Origin: Escherichia coli O157:H7
GTDB taxonomy: Bacteria > Pseudomonadota > Gammaproteobacteria > Enterobacterales > Enterobacteriaceae
Reading direction: 5' to 3' (one strand)
Assembly (NCBI RefSeq): GCF_013167455.1
Contig: NZ_CP038328.1
DNA: 64,000 nucleotides
Shown: piece after piece, positions 44,943 through 60,989 of the stretch
Numbering within the stretch: the first letter of the stretch is position 1
Layout of the letters: each line of letters opens with the position of its first letter
Translations under genes and position numbers: made by a program
Notes under the pieces: model-generated
What the model saw: the letters and a program-made list of their open reading frames with translations, nothing else
Told to the model about the DNA's origin: nothing
Database searches by the model: none

Positions 44943-45521
44943 ATGAGTGAAAAAAGCATTGTTCAGGAAGCGCGGGATATTCAGCTGGCAATGGAATTGA
45001 TCACCCTGGGCGCTCGTTTGCAGATGCTGGAAAGCGAAACACAGTTAAGTCGCGGACGCCTGATAAAACTTTATAAAGAACTGCGCGGAAGCCCACCGCC
45101 GAAAGGCATGCTGCCATTCTCAACCGACTGGTTTATGACTTGGGAACAAAACGTTCATGCTTCGATGTTCTGTAATGCATGGCAGTTTTTACTGAAAACC
45201 GGTTTGTGTAATGGCGTCGATGCGGTGATCAAAGCCTACCGTTTATACCTTGAACAGTGCCCGCAAGCAGAAGAAGGACCGCTGCTGGCATTAACCCGTG
45301 CCTGGACATTGGTGCGGTTTGTTGAAAGTGGATTACTGCAACTTTCCAGCTGCAACTGCTGCGGCGGCAATTTTATTACCCACGCTCACCAGCCTGTTGG
45401 CAGCTTTGCCTGCAGCTTATGTCAACCGCCATCCCGGGCAGTAAAAAGACGTAAACTTTCCCAGAATCCTGCCGATATTATCCCACAACTGCTGGATGAA
45501 CAGAGAGTACAGGCTGTTTAA
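44943..45521 (+). CDS. flhC: flagellar master regulator FlhC
   Basis: 192 aa; zinc-binding Cys cluster CNCCGGNF...CSLC. Confidence 0.95.
45452..45478 (+). promoter_or_regulatory. sigma-28 consensus-like motif TAAACTTT-N11-GCCGATAT inside the flhC 3' end (possible motA operon promoter)
   Basis: Close match to TAAAGTTT-N11-GCCGATAA; a terminator-like hairpin lies between it and motA, so function is uncertain. Confidence 0.35.
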
Positions 45522-45546
45522 CTGATACGGTGTGGCGCAACATTCC

Positions 45547-45581
45547 AGCAGCGGTAACGACGTACCGCTGCTTTTTTTTGC
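45547..45581 (+). terminator. rho-independent terminator/attenuator after flhC
   Basis: cagcagcggtaacgacgtaccgctgc hairpin followed by TTTTTTTT. Confidence 0.6.
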
Positions 45582-45647
45582 CCCAATCGCGCGTTAACGC
45601 CTGACGACTGAACATCCTGTCATGGTCAACAGTGGAAGGATGATGTC

Positions 45648-46531
45648 GTGCTTATCTTATTAGGTTACCTGGTTGTTCTCGGTACAGTTTTCGGCGGTTA
45701 TTTGATGACCGGTGGAAGCCTTGGAGCACTCTATCAACCCGCTGAACTGGTGATTATTGCCGGTGCAGGGATTGGGTCGTTTATTGTCGGCAATAATGGA
45801 AAAGCGATTAAAGGCACGCTGAAAGCGCTGCCGTTGCTGTTTCGTCGCTCCAAATACACCAAAGCAATGTATATGGATCTGCTGGCTCTGCTTTATCGGT
45901 TGATGGCGAAATCGCGGCAGATGGGGATGTTTTCGCTGGAACGTGATATTGAAAATCCCCGTGAGAGCGAGATCTTCGCCAGCTACCCACGCATCATCGC
46001 GGATAGCGTCATGCTTGATTTTATCGTCGATTATCTGCGCCTGATTATCAGCGGTCACATGAACACCTTCGAAATCGAAGCCCTGATGGATGAAGAGATT
46101 GAGACGCACGAAAGCGAGGCAGAAGTCCCGGCGAACAGTCTGGCGCTGGTCGGGGACTCACTTCCGGCGTTTGGTATTGTCGCGGCTGTAATGGGGGTCG
46201 TTCACGCGTTAGGTTCAGCCGATCGTCCTGCCGCCGAGCTGGGGGCGCTTATCGCACATGCGATGGTGGGGACTTTCCTCGGCATTTTATTGGCTTACGG
46301 ATTTATTTCCCCATTAGCGAGTGTTTTACGTCAGAAAAGCGCCGAAACCAGCAAAATGATGCAGTGCGTCAAAGTCACACTGCTTTCTAATCTGAACGGT
46401 TACGCACCGCCTATCGCCGTTGAGTTTGGTCGCAAAACGCTCTATTCCAGCGAACGTCCGTCGTTTATTGAACTGGAAGAGCATGTGCGTGCGGTGAAAA
46501 ATCCGCAACAACAGACGACAACCGAGGAAGC

Positions 46532-46535
<4 letters not shown>
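45648..46535 (+). CDS. motA: flagellar motor stator protein MotA
   Basis: 295 aa, four TM helices; recognised. Confidence 0.95.
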
Positions 46536-49427
<2,892 letters not shown>

Positions 49428-49447
49428 ATGAGTAAAAAGGTAACAAT

Positions 49448-49951
49448 ATGACCGGTATGACGAATGTAACAAAGCTGGCCAGCGAGCCGTCAGGCCAGGA
49501 ATTTCTGGTATTTACCCTTGGTGATGAAGAGTACGGTATTGATATCCTGAAAGTGCAGGAGATCCGTGGCTACGATCAGGTAACACGGATTGCGAACACG
49601 CCAGCGTTTATCAAAGGCGTCACGAATCTGCGCGGCGTTATTGTGCCGATTGTTGACTTACGAATTAAGTTCAGCCAGGTGGATGTGGACTATAACGACA
49701 ACACGGTAGTTATCGTCCTGAATCTCGGACAGCGGGTGGTCGGCATCGTGGTTGACGGCGTTTCAGACGTGCTTTCATTGACGGCGGAGCAAATTCGTCC
49801 GGCACCAGAGTTTGCCGTGACGCTTTCAACAGAATATCTCACTGGACTGGGCGCACTGGGCGACCGTATGTTGATTCTGGTGAACATCGAAAAACTGCTG
49901 AACAGCGAAGAGATGGCGCTGTTAGATAGCGCGGCGTCAGAAGTGGCGTAA
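49448..49951 (+). CDS. cheW: chemotaxis coupling protein CheW
   Basis: 167 aa; recognised. Confidence 0.95.
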
Positions 49952-49978
49952 TTCTCCTGATTTCCTCAATTGAAATGA

Positions 49979-50009
49979 ACCCGATGATCTGCGCATCGGG
50001 TTTTATTTC
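49979..50009 (+). terminator. rho-independent terminator after cheW
   Basis: cccgatgatctgcgcatcggg hairpin followed by TTTTATTT. Confidence 0.6.
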
Positions 50010-50035
50010 AATTTCGCGGCGGGTGGCATCAGCAA

Positions 50036-50062
50036 TAAAGTTTCCCCCTTCCTTGCCGATAA
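50036..50062 (+). promoter_or_regulatory. sigma-28 promoter of the tar-tap-cheRBYZ operon (TAAAGTTT-N11-GCCGATAA)
   Basis: Perfect match to the sigma-28 consensus ~30 nt upstream of tar. Confidence 0.75.
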
Positions 50063-50093
50063 CGAGATCAACTTGTTTTCAGGAAGGTGCCTT

Positions 50094-51755
50094 ATGATTA
50101 ACCGTATCCGCGTAGTCACGCTGTTGGTAATGGTGCTGGGGGTATTCGCACTGTTACAGCTTATTTCCGGCAGTCTGTTTTTTTCTTCCCTTCACCATAG
50201 CCAGAAGAGCTTTGTGGTTTCCAATCAATTACGAGAACAGCAGGGCGAGCTGACGTCAACCTGGGATTTAATGCTGCAAACGCGCATTAACCTGAGTCGT
50301 TCAGCGGTGCGAATGATGATGGATTCCTCCAATCAACAAAGTAATGCCAAAGTTGAATTGCTCGATAGCGCCAGGAAAACATTGGCCCAGGCCGCGACTC
50401 ATTATAAAAAATTCAAAAGCATGGCACCGTTACCTGAAATGGTCGCTACCAGTCGTAATATTGATGAAAAATATAAAAACTATTACACAGCGTTAACTGA
50501 ACTGATTGATTATCTTGATTATGGCAATACTGGAGCTTATTTCGCTCAGCCAACCCAGGGAATGCAAAATGCAATGGGCGAAGCGTTTGCTCAGTACGCC
50601 CTCAGCAGTGAAAAACTGTATCGCGATATCGTCACTGACAACGCAGATGATTACCGATTTGCCCAGTGGCAACTGGCGGTTATCGCGCTGGTGGTGGTAT
50701 TGATTCTGCTGGTGGCGTGGTATGGCATTCGCCGTATGTTGCTTACACCGCTGGCAAAAATTATTGCTCACATTCGCGAAATCGCCGGTGGTAACCTGGC
50801 GAATACCCTGACCATTGACGGGCGCAGTGAAATGGGCGACCTGGCGCAGAGCGTTTCACATATGCAACGCTCTTTGACTGACACCGTCACTCATGTCCGC
50901 GAAGGTTCAGATGCCATCTATGCCGGTACCCGTGAAATTGCGGCGGGCAACACCGATCTTTCCTCCCGTACGGAACAGCAGGCATCCGCGCTGGAAGAAA
51001 CTGCCGCCAGCATGGAGCAGCTCACCGCGACAGTGAAGCAAAACGCCGATAACGCCCGCCAGGCCTCGCAACTGGCGCAAAGTGCCTCCGACACCGCCCA
51101 GCACGGCGGCAAAGTGGTGGATGGCGTAGTGAAAACGATGCATGAGATCGCCGATAGTTCGAAGAAAATCGCCGACATTATCAGCGTAATCGACGGTATT
51201 GCCTTCCAGACTAATATCCTCGCGCTGAATGCCGCTGTTGAAGCCGCGCGAGCGGGTGAACAGGGCCGTGGTTTTGCCGTGGTGGCGGGCGAAGTGCGTA
51301 ATCTTGCCAGTCGTAGCGCCCAGGCGGCAAAAGAGATCAAAGCTCTCATTGAAGACTCCGTCTCGCGCGTTGATACCGGTTCGGTGCTGGTCGAAAGCGC
51401 CGGGGAAACAATGAACAATATCGTCGATGCTGTCACTCGCGTGACTGACATTATGGGCGAGATTGCATCGGCATCGGATGAACAGAGCCGTGGCATTGAT
51501 CAAGTCGCATTGGCGGTTTCGGAAATGGATCACGTCACGCAACAGAACGCATCGCTGGTGCAGGAATCAGCTGCCGCTGCAGCTGCGCTGGAAGAACAGG
51601 CTAGTCGTTTAACGCAAGCGGTTTCCGCGTTTCGTCTGGCAGCCAGCCCACTCACCAATAAACCGCAAACACCATCCCGTCCTGCCAGTGAGCAACCACC
51701 GGCACAGCCACGACTGCGAATTGCTGAACAAGATCCAAACTGGGAAACATTTTGA
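50094..51755 (+). CDS. tar: methyl-accepting chemotaxis protein II (aspartate/maltose receptor)
   Basis: 553 aa; two TM segments, HAMP, methylation helices, C-terminal NWETF pentapeptide. Confidence 0.9.
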   Translation: MINRIRVVTLLVMVLGVFALLQLISGSLFFSSLHHSQKSFVVSNQLREQQGELTSTWDLMLQTRINLSRSAVRMMMDSSNQQSNAKVELLDSARKTLAQAATHYKKFKSMAPLPEMVATSRNIDEKYKNYYTALTELIDYLDYGNTGAYFAQPTQGMQNAMGEAFAQYALSSEKLYRDIVTDNADDYRFAQWQLAVIALVVVLILLVAWYGIRRMLLTPLAKIIAHIREIAGGNLANTLTIDGRSEMGDLAQSVSHMQRSLTDTVTHVREGSDAIYAGTREIAAGNTDLSSRTEQQASALEETAASMEQLTATVKQNADNARQASQLAQSASDTAQHGGKVVDGVVKTMHEIADSSKKIADIISVIDGIAFQTNILALNAAVEAARAGEQGRGFAVVAGEVRNLASRSAQAAKEIKALIEDSVSRVDTGSVLVESAGETMNNIVDAVTRVTDIMGEIASASDEQSRGIDQVALAVSEMDHVTQQNASLVQESAAAAAALEEQASRLTQAVSAFRLAASPLTNKPQTPSRPASEQPPAQPRLRIAEQDPNWETF

Positions 51756-51800
51756 CGAGTATTTACTAACGCGGTCATTGCCGCCTGATGGGGAGCGTTG

Positions 51801-53402
51801 ATGTTTAATCGTATTCGAATTTCGACCACGCTGTTTTTAATTTTGATTCTCTGCGGGATCTTGCAGATTGGCAGTAACGGCATGTCTTTTTGGGCATTTC
51901 GCGACGATTTGCAACGACTGAATCAGGTCGAGCAGAGCAATCAGCAACGTGCGGCATTAGCGCAAACTCGGGCGGTAATGTTACAGGCCAGTACCACGCT
52001 GAACAAAGCAGGCACTCTGACAGCGCTTAGCTATCCGGCGGATGACATTAAAACGTTGATGACGACGGCGCGTGCCAGTCTGACGCAATCCACCACGCTG
52101 TTTAAAAGTTTTATGGCGATGACTGCGGGCAACGAGCACGTCAGGGCATTGCAAAAAGAGACGGAGAAAAGTTTTGCCCGCTGGCACAACGATCTCGAAC
52201 ATCAGGCGACCTGGCTTGAAAGTAATCAACTTTCGGATTTCCTCACTGCGCCGGTGCAGGGATCACAGAATGCGTTTGACGTTAACTTTGAGGCCTGGCA
52301 GCTGGAGATCATCCATGTGCTGGAAGCCGCCAGTGCGCAAAGCCAGCGTAACTATCAGATTTCGGCGCTGGTGTTTATCAGCATGATTATTGTTGCGGCG
52401 ATCTACATCAGCAGTGCGCTGTGGTGGACGCGCAAGATGATTGTTCAACCACTGGCCATTATCGGTAGCCATTTTGACAGCATTGCTGCGGGTAATCTGG
52501 CGCGTCCGATTGCGGTATATGGTCGTAATGAGATCACCGCCATTTTTGCCAGCCTGAAGACCATGCAGCAGGCTTTGCGTGGGACGGTAAGTGATGTGCG
52601 TAAGGGAAGCCAGGAGATGCACATTGGTATCGCGGAGATTGTCGCAGGCAATAACGATCTCTCAAGTCGTACCGAACAGCAGGCGGCATCGCTGGCACAA
52701 ACGGCCGCCAGTATGGAGCAATTAACCGCCACGGTAGGGCAAAACGCCGATAACGCACGACAGGCGTCGGAACTTGCAAAAAATGCCGCGACAACGGCGC
52801 AGGCGGGCGGTGTTCAGGTCAGTACCATGACTCACACCATGCAGGAGATCGCCACCAGCTCGCAAAAAATTGGCGACATTATCAGCGTTATCGACGGAAT
52901 TGCTTTCCAGACCAATATTCTGGCCCTGAATGCGGCAGTAGAAGCGGCTCGCGCCGGAGAGCAGGGGCGTGGTTTTGCGGTAGTGGCAGGAGAAGTGCGC
53001 AATCTTGCCAGCCGAAGCGCCCAGGCGGCAAAAGAGATCAAAGGGCTGATCGAAGAGTCAGTCAATCGTGTCCAGCAGGGTTCGAAACTGGTGAATAACG
53101 CCGCCGCGACCATGACCGATATTGTCAGTTCGGTGACCCGCGTGAACGACATTATGGGAGAAATTGCTTCGGCCTCGGAAGAACAACGGCGGGGGATTGA
53201 GCAGGTTGCGCAGGCTGTCAGCCAGATGGATCAGGTGACACAGCAGAACGCCTCGCTGGTAGAAGAAGCGGCGGTGGCAACGGAACAACTGGCGAATCAG
53301 GCCGACCATCTTTCGTCGCGTGTGGCGGTATTTACCCTTGAAGAACATGAAGTAGCACGACATGAGTCGGCGCAGTTACAAATTGCGCCAGTGGTATCCT
53401 GA
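51801..53402 (+). CDS. tap: methyl-accepting chemotaxis protein IV (dipeptide receptor)
   Basis: 533 aa; paralogue of tar lacking the NWETF tail; position after tar. Confidence 0.9.
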   Translation: MFNRIRISTTLFLILILCGILQIGSNGMSFWAFRDDLQRLNQVEQSNQQRAALAQTRAVMLQASTTLNKAGTLTALSYPADDIKTLMTTARASLTQSTTLFKSFMAMTAGNEHVRALQKETEKSFARWHNDLEHQATWLESNQLSDFLTAPVQGSQNAFDVNFEAWQLEIIHVLEAASAQSQRNYQISALVFISMIIVAAIYISSALWWTRKMIVQPLAIIGSHFDSIAAGNLARPIAVYGRNEITAIFASLKTMQQALRGTVSDVRKGSQEMHIGIAEIVAGNNDLSSRTEQQAASLAQTAASMEQLTATVGQNADNARQASELAKNAATTAQAGGVQVSTMTHTMQEIATSSQKIGDIISVIDGIAFQTNILALNAAVEAARAGEQGRGFAVVAGEVRNLASRSAQAAKEIKGLIEESVNRVQQGSKLVNNAAATMTDIVSSVTRVNDIMGEIASASEEQRRGIEQVAQAVSQMDQVTQQNASLVEEAAVATEQLANQADHLSSRVAVFTLEEHEVARHESAQLQIAPVVS

Positions 53403-53420
53403 AGTGATTGAGAAGGCGCT

Positions 53421-54281
53421 ATGACTTCATCTCTGCCCTGTGGGCAAACGTCTTTATTGTTACAGATGACCGAGCGCCTGGCGCTTTCCGACGCGCATTT
53501 TCGGCGGATAAGTCAATTGATCTATCAACGAGCCGGGATCGTTCTGGCTGACCATAAACGCGACATGGTTTACAACCGACTGGTTCGTCGTTTGCGTTCG
53601 CTGGGACTGACGGATTTCGGTCATTATCTGAACTTGCTGGAATCTAATCAGCACAGCGGTGAGTGGCAGGCGTTTATCAATTCGCTGACCACGAATCTGA
53701 CGGCATTTTTCCGTGAGGCACATCATTTCCCTCTGCTCGCGGATCACGCACGTCGCCGTTCTGGCGAGTATCGCGTATGGAGCGCGGCGGCTTCGACCGG
53801 CGAAGAGCCGTACAGCATTGCGATGACGCTGGCTGACACATTGGGCACCGCGCCCGGACGCTGGAAAGTGTTTGCCAGTGATATCGACACCGAAGTGCTG
53901 GAAAAAGCCAGAAGCGGTATCTATCGCCATGAAGAGTTGAAAAACCTGACGCCGCAGCAACTGCAACGGTATTTCATGCGAGGGACGGGACCGCATGAAG
54001 GGCTGGTACGCGTGCGTCAGGAGCTGGCGAACTATGTTGATTTTGCCTCGCTGAATCTACTGGCGAAACAGTACACCGTGCCGGGGCCGTTTGATGCGAT
54101 CTTCTGTCGTAACGTCATGATCTACTTCGATCAAACTACCCAGCAGGAGATTTTGCGCCGCTTTGTTCCGCTCCTTAAACCCGACGGATTGCTGTTTGCG
54201 GGTCACTCTGAAAACTTTAGCCACCTCGAGCGCCGCTTCACGCTGCGTGGTCAAACGGTGTATGCGCTAAGTAAGGATTAA
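53421..54281 (+). CDS. cheR: chemotaxis methyltransferase CheR
   Basis: 286 aa; SAM-dependent methyltransferase. Confidence 0.95.
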   Translation: MTSSLPCGQTSLLLQMTERLALSDAHFRRISQLIYQRAGIVLADHKRDMVYNRLVRRLRSLGLTDFGHYLNLLESNQHSGEWQAFINSLTTNLTAFFREAHHFPLLADHARRRSGEYRVWSAAASTGEEPYSIAMTLADTLGTAPGRWKVFASDIDTEVLEKARSGIYRHEELKNLTPQQLQRYFMRGTGPHEGLVRVRQELANYVDFASLNLLAKQYTVPGPFDAIFCRNVMIYFDQTTQQEILRRFVPLLKPDGLLFAGHSENFSHLERRFTLRGQTVYALSKD

Positions 54282-54283
54282 CG

Positions 54284-55737
<1,454 letters not shown>

Positions 55738-55747
55738 GGATGCGACT

Positions 55748-56392
55748 ATGATGCAACCATCAATCAAACCTGCTGACGAGCATTCAGCTGGCGATATCAT
55801 TGCGCGCATCGGCAGCCTGACGCGTATGCTGCGCGACAGTTTGCGGGAACTGGGACTGGATCAGGCCATTGCCGAAGCGGCGGAAGCCATCCCCGATGCG
55901 CGCGATCGTTTGTACTATGTTGTGCAGATGACCGCCCAGGCTGCGGAGCGGGCGCTGAACAGTGTTGAGGCGTCACAACCGCATCAGGATCAAATGGAGA
56001 AATCAGCAAAAGCGTTAACCCAACGTTGGGATGACTGGTTTGCCGATCCGATTGACCTTGCCGACGCCCGTGAACTGGTAACAGATACGCGGAAATTTCT
56101 GGCAGATGTACCCGCGCATACCAGCTTTACTAACGCGCAACTGCTGGAAATCATGATGGCGCAGGATTTTCAGGATCTCACCGGGCAGGTCATTAAGCGG
56201 ATGATGGATGTCATTCAGGAGATCGAACGCCAGTTGCTGATGGTGCTGTTGGAAAACATCCCGGAACAGGAGTCGCGTCCAAAACGTGAAAACCAGAGTT
56301 TGCTTAATGGACCTCAGGTCGATACCAGCAAAGCCGGTGTGGTAGCCAGTCAGGATCAGGTGGACGATTTGTTGGATAGTCTTGGATTTTGA
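55748..56392 (+). CDS. cheZ: CheY-P phosphatase CheZ
   Basis: 214 aa from [12 protein letters not shown]... Confidence 0.95.
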
Positions 56393-56593
56393 TTTGTATT
56401 GCCTGATGTGGCGTGACCACGTCATATCAGGCGGTCTGATAAGGCGATGACGCCGCATCCGACAAACGCACACTATGCTTGATGTGTGGCAGCAAAAGCC
56501 CTAAATCCCGCCTGTTTTGCCCCTTACTCAAACCATTGAACGCTTTGCGCTCTGGCATCATTTACGCTTAATACTCTTTCCAGGATTGGCGAC

Positions 56594-57742
56594 GTGTCTG
56601 ACGAGAGCGACGACAAAACAGAAGCCCCCACACCTCACCGACTAGAAAAAGCGCGGGAAGAGGGGCAAATCCCGCGTTCCCGTGAACTGACCTCACTGCT
56701 GATTTTGCTGGTGGGCGTTAGTGTTATCTGGTTTGGCGGTGTGTCGCTGGCCCGTCGATTGTCGGGCATGCTCTCCGCTGGGCTGCATTTTGATCACAGT
56801 ATTATCAAAGACCCGAATCTGATCCTCGGGCAAATTATTCTGCTGATCAGAGAAGCCATGCTGGCGCTGCTACCGCTGATTAGCGGCGTGGTGCTGGTGG
56901 CGCTCATTTCTCCGGTTATGCTGGGGGGGCTGGTATTTAGCGGAAAATCCTTGCAGCCGAAGTTTTCCAAACTCAACCCGCTACCGGGCATAAAACGGAT
57001 GTTCTCGGCACAGACTGGCGCGGAGTTGCTTAAAGCAATTTTGAAAACCATCCTGGTTGGCAGCGTGACGGGGTTTTTTCTCTGGCATCACTGGCCGCAT
57101 ATGATGCGCTTAATGGCCGAGTCTCCGATTACCGCCATGGGTAATGCGATGGATTTGGTAGGGCTATGCGCACTGCTGGTGGTGCTTGGTGTCATTCCAA
57201 TGGTGGGATTTGACGTCTTTTTCCAAATCTTCAGCCACCTGAAAAAGCTGCGAATGTCGCGGCAGGATATTCGTGATGAGTTCAAACAAAGCGAAGGCGA
57301 CCCCCATGTTAAAGGGCGGATCCGTCAGATGCAGCGAGCTGCCGCACGGCGTCGGATGATGGCCGATGTGCCGAAAGCGGATGTCATTGTCAATAACCCG
57401 ACCCACTATTCGGTAGCGTTGCAGTATGACGAAAACAAAATGAGCGCACCGAAAGTGGTCGCTAAAGGTGCAGGGCTGGTCGCGCTGCGCATTCGTGAAA
57501 TTGGCGCTGAAAATAACGTCCCGACGCTTGAAGCGCCGCCGCTGGCGCGAGCGCTGTATCGACATGTGGAGATTGGTCAACAAATCCCGGGTCAACTGTA
57601 CGCCGCGGTGGCGGAAGTGCTGGCCTGGGTCTGGCAACTGAAACGCTGGCGTCTGGCTGGTGGACAGCGCCCTGTACAACCTACTCATCTTCCGGTGCCG
57701 GAAGCCCTGGATTTTATTAACGAGAAACCGACCCATGAGTAA
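56594..57742 (+). CDS. flhB: flagellar export apparatus protein FlhB
   Basis: 382 aa; GTG start; NPTH autocleavage motif present (NNPTHY). Confidence 0.95.
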   Translation: MSDESDDKTEAPTPHRLEKAREEGQIPRSRELTSLLILLVGVSVIWFGGVSLARRLSGMLSAGLHFDHSIIKDPNLILGQIILLIREAMLALLPLISGVVLVALISPVMLGGLVFSGKSLQPKFSKLNPLPGIKRMFSAQTGAELLKAILKTILVGSVTGFFLWHHWPHMMRLMAESPITAMGNAMDLVGLCALLVVLGVIPMVGFDVFFQIFSHLKKLRMSRQDIRDEFKQSEGDPHVKGRIRQMQRAAARRRMMADVPKADVIVNNPTHYSVALQYDENKMSAPKVVAKGAGLVALRIREIGAENNVPTLEAPPLARALYRHVEIGQQIPGQLYAAVAEVLAWVWQLKRWRLAGGQRPVQPTHLPVPEALDFINEKPTHE

Positions 57743-59813
57743 TCTGGCCGCGATGCTGCGCCTGCCCACAAACCTGAAATCGACACAATGGCAGATCCTT
57801 GCCGGACCGATTTTGATCCTGTTGATCTTGTCGATGATGGTGCTGCCACTGCCCGCATTCATACTCGACCTGTTGTTTACCTTCAATATTGCCTTGTCGA
57901 TCATGGTGTTGCTGGTGGCGATGTTTACCCAGCGCACGCTTGAGTTTGCTGCGTTTCCGACCATTTTGTTGTTTACCACGCTGTTGCGTCTGGCACTTAA
58001 CGTGGCTTCAACCCGTATCATTTTAATGGAAGGGCATACCGGCGCAGCGGCGGCAGGGAAGGTGGTTGAAGCGTTCGGTCACTTCCTCGTTGGTGGCAAT
58101 TTCGCTATCGGTATCGTGGTGTTTGTCATTCTCGTGATCATCAACTTTATGGTCATTACCAAAGGTGCCGGGCGTATCGCAGAAGTGGGTGCGCGCTTTG
58201 TTCTCGATGGTATGCCGGGTAAGCAGATGGCGATTGACGCCGACCTTAACGCCGGATTGATTGGTGAAGATGAGGCGAAAAAACGCCGCTCCGAAGTCAC
58301 TCAGGAAGCCGATTTTTACGGCTCAATGGACGGGGCAAGTAAGTTTGTTCGCGGCGATGCCATCGCCGGGATCCTCATCATGGTCATTAACGTTGTCGGC
58401 GGGTTGCTGGTCGGCGTGCTGCAACATGGCATGAGCATGGGACACGCGGCGGAAAGTTATACGCTCTTGACCATTGGTGACGGTCTGGTGGCACAAATCC
58501 CGGCTCTGGTGATTTCTACCGCCGCGGGGGTCATTGTTACGCGTGTCAGCACCGATCAGGATGTTGGCGAGCAGATGGTGAATCAGCTTTTCAGTAACCC
58601 AAGCGTTATGTTGTTAAGCGCTGCCGTGCTCGGTTTACTCGGCCTGGTGCCTGGAATGCCGAACCTGGTATTTTTGCTGTTCACTGCCGGATTGCTGGGG
58701 CTGGCCTGGTGGATCCGTGGACGCGAACAAAAAGCGCCTGCCGAACCAAAACCGGTAAAAATGGCAGAGAATAATGCCGTTGTCGAAGCGACGTGGAACG
58801 ATGTACAACTGGAAGATTCTCTGGGAATGGAAGTGGGTTATCGACTGATCCCGATGGTCGATTTCCAGCAGGATGGTGAGTTGTTGGGCCGTATACGCAG
58901 TATCCGCAAGAAATTTGCCCAGGAGATGGGATTTCTGCCGCCAGTGGTGCACATTCGCGACAATATGGATCTGCAACCTGCCCGCTATCGCATTTTGATG
59001 AAAGGCGTGGAGATAGGCAGTGGTGATGCTTATCCGGGGCGCTGGCTGGCTATTAACCCTGGAACCGCTGCCGGGACGTTACCTGGTGAGGCGACCGTCG
59101 ATCCGGCATTTGGCCTGAATGCTATCTGGATTGAAAGTGCGCTAAAAGAACAGGCGCAGATTCAGGGGTACACAGTGGTTGAGGCCAGCACGGTGGTAGC
59201 AACGCATCTTAACCACCTCATTAGCCAGCATGCCGCAGAGCTGTTTGGTCGTCAGGAGGCGCAACAGCTGCTGGATCGCGTCGCCCAGGAGATGCCAAAG
59301 CTGACGGAAGATCTCGTCCCTGGCGTCGTCACGCTCACCACACTGCATAAAGTGCTGCAAAATCTCCTCGATGAAAAAGTACCGATTCGCGATATGCGCA
59401 CTATTCTCGAAACGCTGGCGGAACATGCGCCCATCCAAAGCGATCCACATGAATTAACCGCCGTCGTGCGCGTGGCGTTGGGACGGGCGATTACCCAGCA
59501 GTGGTTTCCTGGCAAAGATGAAGTCCATGTTATTGGCCTCGATACACCGCTGGAACGTTTGTTGCTACAGGCGTTGCAGGGCGGGGGCGGACTGGAGCCA
59601 GGGCTGGCGGATCGTTTACTGGCGCAAACTCAGGAAGCGCTATCCCGTCAGGAGATGTTGGGTGCGCCGCCAGTTTTATTGGTGAACCACGCGCTGCGAC
59701 CATTATTGTCTCGCTTTCTGCGCCGCAGCTTGCCGCAGTTAGTGGTGCTGTCGAATCTGGAACTGTCTGATAACCGACATATCCGCATGACGGCGACAAT
59801 TGGCGGTAAATGA
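57735..59813 (+). CDS. flhA: flagellar export apparatus protein FlhA
   Basis: 692 aa from MSNLAAMLRLP...; overlaps the flhB 3' end. Confidence 0.95.
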   Translation: MSNLAAMLRLPTNLKSTQWQILAGPILILLILSMMVLPLPAFILDLLFTFNIALSIMVLLVAMFTQRTLEFAAFPTILLFTTLLRLALNVASTRIILMEGHTGAAAAGKVVEAFGHFLVGGNFAIGIVVFVILVIINFMVITKGAGRIAEVGARFVLDGMPGKQMAIDADLNAGLIGEDEAKKRRSEVTQEADFYGSMDGASKFVRGDAIAGILIMVINVVGGLLVGVLQHGMSMGHAAESYTLLTIGDGLVAQIPALVISTAAGVIVTRVSTDQDVGEQMVNQLFSNPSVMLLSAAVLGLLGLVPGMPNLVFLLFTAGLLGLAWWIRGREQKAPAEPKPVKMAENNAVVEATWNDVQLEDSLGMEVGYRLIPMVDFQQDGELLGRIRSIRKKFAQEMGFLPPVVHIRDNMDLQPARYRILMKGVEIGSGDAYPGRWLAINPGTAAGTLPGEATVDPAFGLNAIWIESALKEQAQIQGYTVVEASTVVATHLNHLISQHAAELFGRQEAQQLLDRVAQEMPKLTEDLVPGVVTLTTLHKVLQNLLDEKVPIRDMRTILETLAEHAPIQSDPHELTAVVRVALGRAITQQWFPGKDEVHVIGLDTPLERLLLQALQGGGGLEPGLADRLLAQTQEALSRQEMLGAPPVLLVNHALRPLLSRFLRRSLPQLVVLSNLELSDNRHIRMTATIGGK

Positions 59814-60205
59814 TGAGAACCTTATTAGCAATATTATTGTTTCCGCTGCTGGTGCAAGCCGCCGGGGAGGGGATGTGGCAGGCAAGTAGTGTCGGAATTA
59901 CGCTAAATCATCGCGGTGAGTCGATGTCGTCTGCACCTCTTTCTACGCGACAACCTGCTTCAGGATTGATGACGCTGGTGGCGTGGCGGTATCAGCTTAT
60001 CGGCCCGACACCTGCAGGACTGCGGGTTCGCTTGTGTTCGCAATCTCGTTGTGTCGAATTAGATGGGCAGAGCGGAACCACCGTGGCCTTTTCCGGTATA
60101 GCGGCAGCAGAACCGTTGCGCTTTATCTGGGAAGTGCCTGGCGGTGGGCGGTTAATTCCGTCGCTGAAAGTACAACGTAATGAAGTGATTGTGAATTATC
60201 GCTGA
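59810..60205 (+). CDS. flhE: flagellar protein FlhE
   Basis: 131 aa with signal peptide; overlaps the flhA stop. Confidence 0.9.
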   Translation: MMRTLLAILLFPLLVQAAGEGMWQASSVGITLNHRGESMSSAPLSTRQPASGLMTLVAWRYQLIGPTPAGLRVRLCSQSRCVELDGQSGTTVAFSGIAAAEPLRFIWEVPGGGRLIPSLKVQRNEVIVNYR

Positions 60206-60324
60206 AGGACAAAAAAATTACGCGCTCGCGAGTATGTTTAATAACTCAGTGAAAAAGGCTGGATGTTTTGTTGCAATCATTTATCAGGAATAGCTTGCAA
60301 CAAAACATGCCAAAAATATGTGAA

Positions 60325-60813
60325 TTATCCTCTTGTCAAAGGGCTTGGATAAAAATCTTCAGAGTTACGGTATAGCTGCAACTGGCGAGTTCGCGTATTG
60401 GTCTGTATGATCATACATGATAGCCATTCTGATTCAGAATAAGGGTTACTTAAATCCTGAACGTCCTCATTTGAAAGGATTAATTCACATTCTTTGTCCC
60501 TAAAATCCAGCCAGGCTCGTTGTGATTTTTTAAGCAAGTTAAGTTGTTCAGTATCAGGTTTTTTTGCACCTGTGCGTGGCACTTGTTCTATATAACGATA
60601 AGCTTCACCATAAGCTTTATTTAATTGCGCATCGACGAGATTGTATTCTTGTCGCAGACATGATTTGATCACGTTAATGTCAGTATCATCACCTGAATTT
60701 TTTTGCCAACAATCTTTGATGGCTGAAATGTCATGATCATTTACTATAAGCGTATCTTCTGCGTAAACCTGGCAAGAGATAATGCCTAATGTTAATACAA
60801 GAAATTTAAACAC
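60325..60813 (-). CDS. yecT: periplasmic protein YecT (DUF1311 / LprI-like)
   Basis: 162 aa with signal peptide; AT-rich; conserved position between flhE and argS. Confidence 0.75.
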   Translation of the reverse strand: MFKFLVLTLGIISCQVYAEDTLIVNDHDISAIKDCWQKNSGDDTDINVIKSCLRQEYNLVDAQLNKAYGEAYRYIEQVPRTGAKKPDTEQLNLLKKSQRAWLDFRDKECELILSNEDVQDLSNPYSESEWLSCMIIQTNTRTRQLQLYRNSEDFYPSPLTRG

Positions 60814-60989
60814 TGCGGTATTCCTTAAATTGAACCGTTACCGTTTCCCTGGAGCTGGATATTACGCTTCTGGCCTCTTACTCAACAGCGAGAAAACAAT
60901 GGCATGCCTATTTTCAGAATACATTTAGATGGTAATAAAAAAGCCTGATCGGCTAAACCTGATCAGGCTTCACTCTCACGAAAAATCGA

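Noticed and set aside
51000-53300. Extended near-identical stretches between tar and tap
   Set aside because: Paralogous conservation of the chemoreceptor signalling domains, not a mobile or structural repeat.
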